Assembly: GCA_965204375.1 (NCBI GenBank)
Contig: OZ241986.1
Coordinates: 1,568,001 to 1,632,000 of the forward strand
Source of the DNA: Candidatus Latescibacterota bacterium
GTDB lineage: Bacteria > Latescibacterota > UBA2968
Length of the DNA: 64,000 nt
Direction: 5' to 3'
Position 1 is the stretch's first letter, and each line of letters opens with the position of its first letter. Under the pieces are notes generated by a model. The model was given only the letters and a program-made list of their open reading frames with translations, searched no databases and was not told where the DNA came from. This document shows positions 38,189 through 47,373 of the stretch, one piece after another. Made by a program: the position numbers and the translations under genes.

Positions 38189-39888
38189 TATGGGGCAATT
38201 TTCAATAGTTCAGCCACTTCTTCTGATGTGCGGTATTTGCCGTCGAAAAGTTGGATAAGGTAGAGTTGATAGGTCAGGTAGCGACTCAGGACGCTCGTGT
38301 GATCTTCACCTGCGAGGTGGCGTTGCCAGAGTTTGGAGGTATTAGATGTGTTGTAGAGAAGATGGTCGCCCAAGTTTTTGCCAGGCGATTGGCGTAACCA
38401 ATTCGCGTAATCGGCAAAGGTTCGGGGCGTGCGGTTGCGCAATCCTGTGAGTCTCCGCAGAATTTTGACCGTCCAGGAAGAATGGGATATGGGAAATCCC
38501 GTGGCCTGATAGGGTATATCCTTGAAATATTCGGGAAAGGTTTTGAGAAGCATCTGGCGGTAGAGACGATTGTTGGCTTTTTGTTGCAGGGGAATAGAAT
38601 AGAGAAATTCCTGCACCTGATTGTCGAAGAATGGCAAGCGGTATTCGAGGCCGTGCAAAAGTCCCAGACGGGGACCGTGAATGGTGAACCCGCGCATGCG
38701 CCAGTCTATGTAAAAAACGTGTGCCGATCCCGCCTTGTTAAATGCGGTTTTGAGGTGTTGGGTCGTGTTGCGATCCGCCTGAATGTGTAGCTTATTTTTC
38801 AGGTAAGCAGAGAGTCCTTTTGGATGAAAAAGATGGCCTGCACCTGCTAATCCATCACCTCCTGCGCCGTTGAGGCAGATGTCACAGGCTTCTTTCTGTT
38901 GTTTGAAGTGTTCAATGCCGTGCATGTGGAGCAGGTCAAGTGCACCGTCGGCATACCACACGCCGGAGATTCTCGGCAAGAGCCAATTTTGGCTGTGGAT
39001 GGGGAGAACAGTGTGTGGCGCGTTTTTTACGGATGCGGCCTGGGCTGCAATGCGAACATCTGCGCTGTCGGGGTGACCAAATGTGAAGATTTGAGACGTG
39101 CGAGGCATGGCGGCGAGGATCGCACGCGAATCGAGACCGCCGCTGAGGGCGAGACCTGTTTGTGGCGAGGTTCTCTGTTCTACAGCGGTGCGAAAGCGCG
39201 CGCCCAATTCATGTCCCAATTCGCGTTGGCTGTGATGCCCCGCAAGGGGGACAATTTTATCCCAGGACCAGTAGCGTCGCTGTGTAAGACTACCGTCGGA
39301 GATGCGAAATGTCATTTGCGTTGCAGGAGGCACGGGCGCGACGTCTTTGAGCCAGGTGCGATCGGAAGGCAATTGTCCGGTGGCGAAAAATATGTCGCGA
39401 GAAATGGGGTCAATCACGGGCGCAAATTCGGGAAGCGCGAGGAAGACTTTGGTCTGAGACGCCCAGGCAATGCGATTGCCCAGGCGCGTCCAGTAGAGCG
39501 GACGCAAGCCATAGCGGTCGGTGATAATGTGCAGTTCGTTTTTGTGTGTATCAAAAACCACGCCAGAAAAAATGCCATCGATGAGGTTCAATTGTTCGCG
39601 CTCACCCGTGATAGCCTGAACCAAAAATTCTGGGTCAGAAGTAGCAGATTGAGCCAGCGCGGCGCGGTTAAAAAATTCGCCATCGAGATAGGCAATATGT
39701 CCCGTTTGTGTCTGACAAACTGGGGGTGTGGTGCGCCACTCTGGCGCGAATGCAACGCCCGAAATATGCGGGGCAAAGACGATACGGTGCGCTTTTTGGT
39801 GTACGACAAGGCTACCTACCATGCGAGTGAGCGAACGGGTGAGTTCGCGAGGGGTAAGAGGCGATTGGGATATGAATCCTGCGAGCAT
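38188..39888 (-). CDS. Asparagine synthetase-related protein (AsnB-like, no N-terminal Cys)
   Basis: DRYGLRPLY, LSGGLDSR, RLPFFD; probable start MLAGF after CAGGTG. Confidence 0.75.
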   Translation of the reverse strand: MLAGFISQSPLTPRELTRSLTRMVGSLVVHQKAHRIVFAPHISGVAFAPEWRTTPPVCQTQTGHIAYLDGEFFNRAALAQSATSDPEFLVQAITGEREQLNLIDGIFSGVVFDTHKNELHIITDRYGLRPLYWTRLGNRIAWASQTKVFLALPEFAPVIDPISRDIFFATGQLPSDRTWLKDVAPVPPATQMTFRISDGSLTQRRYWSWDKIVPLAGHHSQRELGHELGARFRTAVEQRTSPQTGLALSGGLDSRAILAAMPRTSQIFTFGHPDSADVRIAAQAASVKNAPHTVLPIHSQNWLLPRISGVWYADGALDLLHMHGIEHFKQQKEACDICLNGAGGDGLAGAGHLFHPKGLSAYLKNKLHIQADRNTTQHLKTAFNKAGSAHVFYIDWRMRGFTIHGPRLGLLHGLEYRLPFFDNQVQEFLYSIPLQQKANNRLYRQMLLKTFPEYFKDIPYQATGFPISHSSWTVKILRRLTGLRNRTPRTFADYANWLRQSPGKNLGDHLLYNTSNTSKLWQRHLAGEDHTSVLSRYLTYQLYLIQLFDGKYRTSEEVAELLKIAP

Positions 39889-40040
39889 AAAAAACACCTG
39901 TCTGAATACCAATTGGAGTTTATCCGGGATTAGGTGTAATCAATATAAGAAAATCTTTAATAATTTCACTTTTCATTTTTTGCTTTTATAGGTACAATAA
40001 GGCAGTTCTAATATCGTCGCATTTAACCACAGAGGTCGGA

Positions 40041-41258
40041 ATGGCAGAGAAAAACTACAAGGTTCGCGCGGCGCATTGCAATTGGCGAGCATCGGAGGAA
40101 GAAATATACCAGACGTTGCGCCGCATTACAGACCCATTGCATCGGTCATGGGAAAAGCTGGAGAAAGCCAATCGGATTGTGATCAAGTTCAATATGATGA
40201 AGCTACACAATCGCATTATTTACTACATGGGACGACGGCGCGAGCTGGTCGATGACATGGTTGCACGTGCTGTATTGCGTTTGTTGCGAGAACGAACCCG
40301 TGCGGAAATTATTGCGACGGATACCAATCCCTATACGCGTGAACATCTGATGGGTGAGGATTTTAATTACGCGTATATTTTAAAAAAATACGATGTGGGG
40401 TTTGTCGATTCAAATGCCCCGCCGTTCAAACAGTATGATGTGCCGGGTGGCGGATGTATGTTTGATCGCTATACACTCAGCGCGTGTTTTGAAGGAGCAG
40501 AGGTGGTTTCTGTGGCAAAGATGAAGAATCATCTGTTTATGGGGGTTACGCTTTGCATGAAAAACCTCTTTGGCCTGCCCCCAATCACGCTGCCACACGG
40601 CCGCGTGCGATCCTATTATCACCATTTTATCCGCCTATCCTATGTGTTGCCCGATTTGGGATTGATCACCCAACCCTGTCTGAATATTGTCGATGCACTA
40701 ACCGGTCAATGGGGTAGAGAATGGGGCGGACAGGGGCGTATTTGCAATGCGTTATTAGCTGGTGACCAGGTAACTGCTACTGATGCATGTGGTGCCCATT
40801 TGATGGGTCACGACCCCACGTCTGATTGGCCTATTCCGCCGTTTCGACGCGACCGCAACCATTTGTTGATCGCAGATAGGCGCGGTTTTGGTACGGTTGA
40901 TTTGCGCGAGATTGATTTTGAGAGCGAAGTATCTGCGCCCCTGGCCGAGTTTGATTCAGAGCGTACAGATAGCGAGGAAATAGTGGAAAGCTGGCGTCGC
41001 ACCACCTGTGAGCAGGCCCTGTTTTACCAGGACCGTCGGCGAAATATCGTTGACCGGTATCGGAATGAATTTATCTTTTTGCAAGATGGCGACGTGGTCT
41101 GGCACGGTGCAGATCCCGCCAATTTGGGCAGCCGCAGACAGTTGAGCGGACAAAAAAAGGATCAGGGGATGTGGCTCAAGCTGGTCGATCCCGAAGAAAC
41201 CGAAGGCGAACACTTTGAGACTTATGAGGCGTGTTTATCCGCAGATGGACGCAGATGA
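40041..41258 (+). CDS. DUF362 domain protein
   Basis: IVIKFN, VSVAKMKNH...TLCMKNLFG, NIVDA, D.TATD. Confidence 0.8.
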   Translation: MAEKNYKVRAAHCNWRASEEEIYQTLRRITDPLHRSWEKLEKANRIVIKFNMMKLHNRIIYYMGRRRELVDDMVARAVLRLLRERTRAEIIATDTNPYTREHLMGEDFNYAYILKKYDVGFVDSNAPPFKQYDVPGGGCMFDRYTLSACFEGAEVVSVAKMKNHLFMGVTLCMKNLFGLPPITLPHGRVRSYYHHFIRLSYVLPDLGLITQPCLNIVDALTGQWGREWGGQGRICNALLAGDQVTATDACGAHLMGHDPTSDWPIPPFRRDRNHLLIADRRGFGTVDLREIDFESEVSAPLAEFDSERTDSEEIVESWRRTTCEQALFYQDRRRNIVDRYRNEFIFLQDGDVVWHGADPANLGSRRQLSGQKKDQGMWLKLVDPEETEGEHFETYEACLSADGRR

Positions 41259-41324
41259 GCGCAGATAAAAGGCGAAGCAGATAAAAGGCGAAGCAGATAA
41301 AAGGCGAAGCAGATAAAAGGCGAA
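41237..41324 (+). repeat. Decamer units followed by four perfect copies of GCAGATAAAAGGCGAA
   Basis: Fills the whole gap between the DUF362 stop and the PPTase ATG. Confidence 0.95.
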
Positions 41325-42056
41325 ATGGATAGGTTGCGAACCGATACCGCCCATGTCTGGGCAGTGGATTTAGAGCGCGAGACATTTGATGGTCACATGT
41401 TGGCCGAGACGCTATCGGCAGATGAGTGGATGCGTGCCGACAGGTTTCTCTTTGAAAAGCACCGGGCGCATTTTGTTGCCGCACGCGGATGTCTGCGCGC
41501 GATTCTCGCCAAATACATGGAGTGCAAGCCAGGTGAACTGGCTTTTTTTTATGGCGAACACGGCAAACCCGCTCTGGCATCCCCTTGGGACAAATCCCAA
41601 TTGCGATTCAACCTGAGCCATGCGGCTGGGCTGGCTCTTATCGCGGTTTCTCTGCGTCGTGAAATTGGGGTTGATGTTGAGCATCTCAATCGCAAGGTCG
41701 GTCAGATGAAAGACATTGCGAAGCGTTTTTTCGCACCTGGCGAATACGAGCGGTTGTGCGCGTTGCCACGAGAAGAACAACGTCGGGCTTTTTTTTGTTG
41801 CTGGACGCGCAAAGAGGCCTATCTGAAAGCGATGGGCACCGGTCTTACTCATTCATTAAAAAATTTTGAAGTCAGTTTGGGACGCAAGGCAGAATTGTTG
41901 TGGATAAAAAAAGGCAATATAGAGGATTGGACGCTGCGACACCTCGAACCCGCAAAGGGTTATGTCGGCTCGGTGGCGATTGCAAAAAAAGATGTTGAAG
42001 TGAAGGTCGTGAAACACTTGTTGCGCGATCTTTGTCTGAATAAAGGTGTGAATTAA
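41325..42056 (+). CDS. Sfp-type 4'-phosphopantetheinyl transferase
   Basis: GKP, FNLSH, IGVDVE, WTRKEAYLKA.G.G. Confidence 0.93.
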   Translation: MDRLRTDTAHVWAVDLERETFDGHMLAETLSADEWMRADRFLFEKHRAHFVAARGCLRAILAKYMECKPGELAFFYGEHGKPALASPWDKSQLRFNLSHAAGLALIAVSLRREIGVDVEHLNRKVGQMKDIAKRFFAPGEYERLCALPREEQRRAFFCCWTRKEAYLKAMGTGLTHSLKNFEVSLGRKAELLWIKKGNIEDWTLRHLEPAKGYVGSVAIAKKDVEVKVVKHLLRDLCLNKGVN

Positions 42057-42088
42057 AGCGCAAGGGTGGCCCTCCGATTCAGGAGCAG

Positions 42089-44317
42089 ATGATGGATCGT
42101 TTACTGGATAATGAACAAAACGGTAGTTTGAATTGGTTGAAATATGCTTTGCCCGAAGGTGAAGATGAACTTATCCGGGTGCAGACCGATTTGGATGAAA
42201 AAGGCGACTTCGGAAACCAATGGGTAGTGGTGACGCGCAATCGCGTGCTGGTACGGCAAAATGGCTCGATTTCGGATATTCCTATTTCCGAAATTGAACT
42301 GGCGCGAACCGAGGCTCTGGTGGGCGGCGCGCGTCTGGAAATTCACCGAAAAAATAAACCGACTATTCACGTTCCGTATTCCCTGACGCAGGCACAAAAA
42401 TTTTCGGAGACCACGCGGGGGATCGAGCAGTTGCGCAAGGAACAAGAATTTTTTATCAACGCGAACCTGGATCGCACAATCTGCGAATCGTGTGGCCGCC
42501 TATTACCCGAAAAAAATGGGATATGTCCGGCCTGTTTGAACAAATTTGCAACGTTGGGACGCATTGCATCGTATTTGAAGCCCTACAAAATACGCGCGCT
42601 TGTGCTGGCTCTGGCGTCTATTGTGACGACAGTCGCCGAATTGATTCCGCCTTATGTGACCAAGCTCATTGTCGATGATGTGCTGGTGCTGCCCGAGGGC
42701 GCGGAAATGCTGTACGACGAGCGGCTCAGTTTGCTCGGCTGGCTCGTGCTGGCTCTGGTGGGTATCCGGCTGATAACCTGGGGGGCAGAATGGGCGCACG
42801 GCTGGACAGTTACGTGGCTTTCCGCACGGGTGACGGCGGATATACGCAGCCAGCTTTACAGGCGTTTGGAGTTGCTTTCCCTGCAATTTTACGACAAACG
42901 GCAAGTTGGCGCAGTGATGTCCCGCGTGACGACGGATAGCAGTCGTTTACAGATGTTTTTGGTTGATGGACTGCCCTATCTGGTAATCGAGGCGATGATG
43001 TTGCTGGGGATTCTCGCCGCGCTGTTTATGATGAGTTGGTCACTGGCTATTCTGGTGCTGATTCCCGTTCCGTTAATCATGATCTGGGGGTATGCGTTTT
43101 ATCGGCGGATGCGGAAATATTTTACCAGTTGGATGCAGTCCTGGTCTGACACTATGGCGCGAGTCAATGAAGCGCTCACGGGCATTCGCGTGGTGAAGGC
43201 GTTTGCACAGGAAAAGCAGGAAATCAGGGTGTTCAAAAGGCGCAATGATAAATTGACGCGCATCGGCATTACTACAGAGGTTAACCGGGGCATTTTTTAC
43301 AAAACGATGACCCTATTGACCGCGGCTGGCGTGATTATTGTATGGTATTACGGGGGGCTGGAGGTGATCGATGGGGAATTGACGCTCGGCACTTTGATGG
43401 CTTTTTACAGTTATATGATGTTGCTCTACGGTCCGCTGGAATGGTTTGGGATGGTCAATTCCTGGATGACGCGCGCAATGGCCGGGGCTGAGCGCATTTT
43501 TGAGATTATCGACACGCCCTCCGAAGCGTATCAAGACCCCAATGCCGTGCCGGTGCCCGATATTGAAGGGCGCGTGAAGTTTAATGACGTCACATTTGGA
43601 TACGACAAGAGCAAGCCCGTGCTACACGAAATCGACCTCGATGTCAAACCGGGGGAGATGGTCGGGCTGGTGGGAAAATCCGGCGTGGGCAAAACGACAA
43701 CGGTAAATCTGATTTGTCGGTTCTACGATGTGGACCGCGGAAGCATTGAGGTAGATGGGGTGAATTTGCGCGATATTCGGCTGGAGGATTTGCGATCTCA
43801 AATTGGCATTGTGTTGCAAGAACCGTTTCTGTTTTCGGGCAGTATCGCAGAAAATATCGGCTATGGCAAGCCGGGGGCGACATTCGATGAGATTGTAGAA
43901 GCAGCCAAGACTGCCCATGCACACGACTTTATCGTGACAAAGCCCGATGGCTATGATACGCTTATCGGCGAGCGAGGAGAATCGCTTTCGGGGGGTGAAC
44001 GGCAGCGCGTGTCCATTGCACGGGCCATTTTACACGATCCCAGGATTTTGATCTTGGACGAGGCCACGTCGTCTGTCGATGTGCAAACGGAAAAGCGCAT
44101 TCAAGATGCGGTTGCGCGATTGGTCAAAGGACGAACGACTTTTGCAATAGCCCACCGTTTATCCACCCTTCGCAATGCCGATCGGCTGGTGGTCATGGAT
44201 GCCGGACGCATTGTGGAAATGGGAACGCACCGAGAATTGCTTGAAAAGAAGGGCATGTTTTACAAATTGGTGCAGATGCAAGAAGAGATTTCACAGATTA
44301 TTGCGATTAAGGAATAG
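42089..44317 (+). CDS. ABC exporter (TMD plus NBD) with N-terminal soluble domain and CxxC/CxxC ribbon
   Basis: CESC...CPAC, GKSGVGKT, LSGGERQR, DEATS. Confidence 0.9.
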   Translation: MMDRLLDNEQNGSLNWLKYALPEGEDELIRVQTDLDEKGDFGNQWVVVTRNRVLVRQNGSISDIPISEIELARTEALVGGARLEIHRKNKPTIHVPYSLTQAQKFSETTRGIEQLRKEQEFFINANLDRTICESCGRLLPEKNGICPACLNKFATLGRIASYLKPYKIRALVLALASIVTTVAELIPPYVTKLIVDDVLVLPEGAEMLYDERLSLLGWLVLALVGIRLITWGAEWAHGWTVTWLSARVTADIRSQLYRRLELLSLQFYDKRQVGAVMSRVTTDSSRLQMFLVDGLPYLVIEAMMLLGILAALFMMSWSLAILVLIPVPLIMIWGYAFYRRMRKYFTSWMQSWSDTMARVNEALTGIRVVKAFAQEKQEIRVFKRRNDKLTRIGITTEVNRGIFYKTMTLLTAAGVIIVWYYGGLEVIDGELTLGTLMAFYSYMMLLYGPLEWFGMVNSWMTRAMAGAERIFEIIDTPSEAYQDPNAVPVPDIEGRVKFNDVTFGYDKSKPVLHEIDLDVKPGEMVGLVGKSGVGKTTTVNLICRFYDVDRGSIEVDGVNLRDIRLEDLRSQIGIVLQEPFLFSGSIAENIGYGKPGATFDEIVEAAKTAHAHDFIVTKPDGYDTLIGERGESLSGGERQRVSIARAILHDPRILILDEATSSVDVQTEKRIQDAVARLVKGRTTFAIAHRLSTLRNADRLVVMDAGRIVEMGTHRELLEKKGMFYKLVQMQEEISQIIAIKE

Positions 44318-44323
44318 GTTCAC

Positions 44324-46603
44324 ATGAATTACGTACCTGGAAGACCTTTGATCGAAAAACTCCCCCCATCCGTGGCAAAGAAACTGAGTGCGGCGAAGCC
44401 CAATGGCGAGACTGTACTGATGCAGGTGGCAACGGATCTGGACGAGTCCATAAATTACAACCCGCAGTGGGTGGTGGTGACCGATCAACAGGTGCTGGTG
44501 ATTCCCGAATCGGATGTGGATGGTACGCAGTCGATGGCGATTGGCGATGTGGAAGACGTGAAAGTGGAGGAGCGCGTGGGATTGGGCGCCCTGGCATTGA
44601 CGCACAAAGCAGGCCCCGGGATGCATGTACCTTATTCGCCATCTCTTACCACTGTGTTTGCCGAAGTGGCCGATGGGATTCGACAGTTGAAGGACAAAGA
44701 GCCGCTAACATTGCCCACAGATCTGGAGCAGACGCACTGCGAGGATTGTGGCCGTCGATTGCCCGAAAAAAATGGGGTATGTGCTGCGTGTTTAAAAAAG
44801 TGGCAGACGTTTCGGCGCATTGTGGGTTATATGGCAGCTTATCCCGTGCGCCTGATTACAACCATAGTTCTGACGTTTGTCAGCGCTTTATTTACGCTGT
44901 TGCCGCCCAAAATTACGGAGTATGTGATTGACGGTGTTTTGACAGCGGGCTGGGACGCGGTTGCAATTCCATTTATTGCGTCAACGGATCGCCTTGATCG
45001 ATTGGGGCTGTTGATTTTAGGGCTTGTTATTATACGGCTGCTGATCTGGGGTGTCGATGTGGTGATGGCGGCTCTGAGTCGGTCGTTGGGGTTGCGTGCC
45101 ATCGGCGATTTACGGGAAGATCTCTACCGCGCGTTCCAGATGGTGCCCGTTCGCTTTTACGATCGGCGAAAAGTGGGTGCGCTGACGTCCCGCATGAATA
45201 ATGATACGGACCGCATGGAAGTGATCATGACGTATGATTTTTATTATGTGTTTTCCAACAGTTTGTTATTTGTCGGCATTCTGGGATTTCTGGCGTGGAT
45301 GAACTGGCAACTCACGCTATTTGTAATAGCACCTATTCCGCTGATTGTACTCGCCGGTACACGGATATGGTACCGCATTATGACTTTCTGGACGCAGTGG
45401 TCGGGAAAGTGGGGCAGGCTTTCAGCGCAGTTGAATGAGTCGATTCACGGTATTCGCGTTGTGAAGGCATTTGCACAGGAAGCAAAGGAGAGCGAGCGTT
45501 TTGACCAGTACAACGAAGATCTGCGCGATGTGGATACCCGGGGCGAACGGGCCTGGTTTGTTTTTTGGACCGTGACAAATCTGTTTATGAACATCGGGGT
45601 GTTTTTTGTGTGGTATTTTGGTGGGCGACAGATTCTGGGCGGAGAATTGACGCTGGGTGCGTTAATCGCATTTATGAGTTATCTCTGGATGCTGTACCAG
45701 CCATTGCGCTGGTTTGGCGATTTTTACAGTTATATTTTGCGGGCATTTGCCGGTGCGCAGCGCGTGTTCGAGGTGATTGATTCCGAACCCGAGCCATACC
45801 AGAAACCCGATGCCGTGCGCTTGCCCAAAATTGAGGGTAGTTTGAAGTTCGAGTCCGTTTTTTTTGGTTATGATCCCGGCAAACCCGTGCTCAAGAGGGT
45901 TGACCTGGAGGTGAATGCGGGTGAGATGATTGGACTTGTGGGCAAATCGGGAGCTGGCAAGTCAACTCTGATCAATCTGGTGTGTCGATTCTACGATCCT
46001 GACCGCGGGCAGTTGATAGTGGATGGCGTGCCGATGACCGATGTGAATTTGCGCGATTTGCGATCCCAAATTGGAATGGTGCATCAGCAACCCTTTTTGT
46101 TTGACGGCACGATTGCTGAGAATATTGCCTATGGAAAACCCGATGCGACCTTTGACGAGGTGATGCGCGCTGCAATCGCAGCCGAAGCGCACGAGTTCAT
46201 TGTGAAAAAACCCGATGGTTATGACATGCGGGTGGGGGAAGGCGGCGGCCGTCTGTCGGGCGGCGAAAAACAGCGGGTGTCTATTGCGCGGGCGATTTTG
46301 CACAATCCGCGGATTCTCATTCTCGATGAAGCCACGTCTTCGCTGGATACACCGACCGAGAAGAAGATCCAGATGGCGATTGCACGCCTGGTTGAAGGGC
46401 GCACGACATTTGCCATTGCACACCGTTTGTCAACCCTTCGCAGCGCGGATCGGCTCGTGGTGATGGATGAAGGCAATATCGCCGAAGTCGGTACGCACCA
46501 GGAGTTGATGGATCGAGAGGGCATTTTTTATCGTCTGGTCAAGACACAACAAGAGACGACATTGGATATGTTTATGACTGCGGTGGGGATAGAGTTGGAG
46601 TAG
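44324..46603 (+). CDS. Paralogous ABC exporter with N-terminal domain and CxxC/CxxC ribbon
   Basis: CEDC...CAAC, GKSGAGKS, LSGGEKQR, DEATS. Confidence 0.9.
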   Translation: MNYVPGRPLIEKLPPSVAKKLSAAKPNGETVLMQVATDLDESINYNPQWVVVTDQQVLVIPESDVDGTQSMAIGDVEDVKVEERVGLGALALTHKAGPGMHVPYSPSLTTVFAEVADGIRQLKDKEPLTLPTDLEQTHCEDCGRRLPEKNGVCAACLKKWQTFRRIVGYMAAYPVRLITTIVLTFVSALFTLLPPKITEYVIDGVLTAGWDAVAIPFIASTDRLDRLGLLILGLVIIRLLIWGVDVVMAALSRSLGLRAIGDLREDLYRAFQMVPVRFYDRRKVGALTSRMNNDTDRMEVIMTYDFYYVFSNSLLFVGILGFLAWMNWQLTLFVIAPIPLIVLAGTRIWYRIMTFWTQWSGKWGRLSAQLNESIHGIRVVKAFAQEAKESERFDQYNEDLRDVDTRGERAWFVFWTVTNLFMNIGVFFVWYFGGRQILGGELTLGALIAFMSYLWMLYQPLRWFGDFYSYILRAFAGAQRVFEVIDSEPEPYQKPDAVRLPKIEGSLKFESVFFGYDPGKPVLKRVDLEVNAGEMIGLVGKSGAGKSTLINLVCRFYDPDRGQLIVDGVPMTDVNLRDLRSQIGMVHQQPFLFDGTIAENIAYGKPDATFDEVMRAAIAAEAHEFIVKKPDGYDMRVGEGGGRLSGGEKQRVSIARAILHNPRILILDEATSSLDTPTEKKIQMAIARLVEGRTTFAIAHRLSTLRSADRLVVMDEGNIAEVGTHQELMDREGIFYRLVKTQQETTLDMFMTAVGIELE

Positions 46604-46626
46604 GGTAATTTTGATCGGAGATTTTG

Positions 46627-47196
46627 ATGGCTACAGATATGCTGGAGATGGAAGTGGAAGAGATTGAAGAAAAAACAGAGGAATGGAAGCCGATACCCAT
46701 TGAGATGGTGCATCCCGAGTCGGTTGATCCGCGTAAGATTCGCTTGTTTAAGGAGCCGCAGTGGATTTTGCGGATGACGATTGAAGGGGATCGGTCCTAT
46801 ACCCGTGTGAAAGTGGTAAGAGCCGCACCTTTGACAGAGCCGGATCGCTATTTTTGCATTCTGGATATCAAGGATGAAGCGATCTGTATGATCAAAGACC
46901 TGTCCGATTTGCCAGAAGAGAGCCAGGCTCTGGTGTATGAGGAATTAGACAATCGGTATTTGACGGCGGAGATCCAGAAGATCGTGGCGTTGCAAAATGA
47001 ATACGGCGTGACGTACTGGACTGTCGATACCGACCGGGGCAGGCGCGATTTTGTAGCCAAGTCCGTCGCTGAAAACGCGCAGTGGCTGGGAGAGACGCGA
47101 TTGATGATTTTTGATGTGGATAATAACCGTTTTGAGGTGCCCGATATACGGACGCTGGATCGCCGCAGTCAGGGGTTGTTGGAATCGGTTGTGTGA
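46627..47196 (+). CDS. DUF1854 domain protein
   Basis: RAAPLTEPDRY, W.V.TDRG, I.DVD.NRF...D...LD..S. Confidence 0.8.
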   Translation: MATDMLEMEVEEIEEKTEEWKPIPIEMVHPESVDPRKIRLFKEPQWILRMTIEGDRSYTRVKVVRAAPLTEPDRYFCILDIKDEAICMIKDLSDLPEESQALVYEELDNRYLTAEIQKIVALQNEYGVTYWTVDTDRGRRDFVAKSVAENAQWLGETRLMIFDVDNNRFEVPDIRTLDRRSQGLLESVV

Positions 47197-47226
47197 TGCG
47201 AGGGCATCTTGTCGGCGTCATTATTC

Positions 47227-47256
47227 AAAAGGGCATTTAGAAAATGCCCTTTTTTT
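47227..47256 (+). terminator. Rho-independent terminator
   Basis: AAAAGGGCATTT-AGA-AAATGCCCTTTT followed by T residues. Confidence 0.75.
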
Positions 47257-47373
47257 CTTGTATGGTCAGTCTTGAATCACTAACTTGTCGAAACTCAGTG
47301 AGACATTTATGCGTCTCACTGCAATCTAAGCAATATCAACAAGTCATTTTAATCCGGTTATCAGGAGGATTTT

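Noticed and set aside
38899-39933. 344-aa ORF on the + strand
   Set aside because: It lies antisense to the AsnB-like gene and has no recognisable motifs; treated as a shadow ORF.
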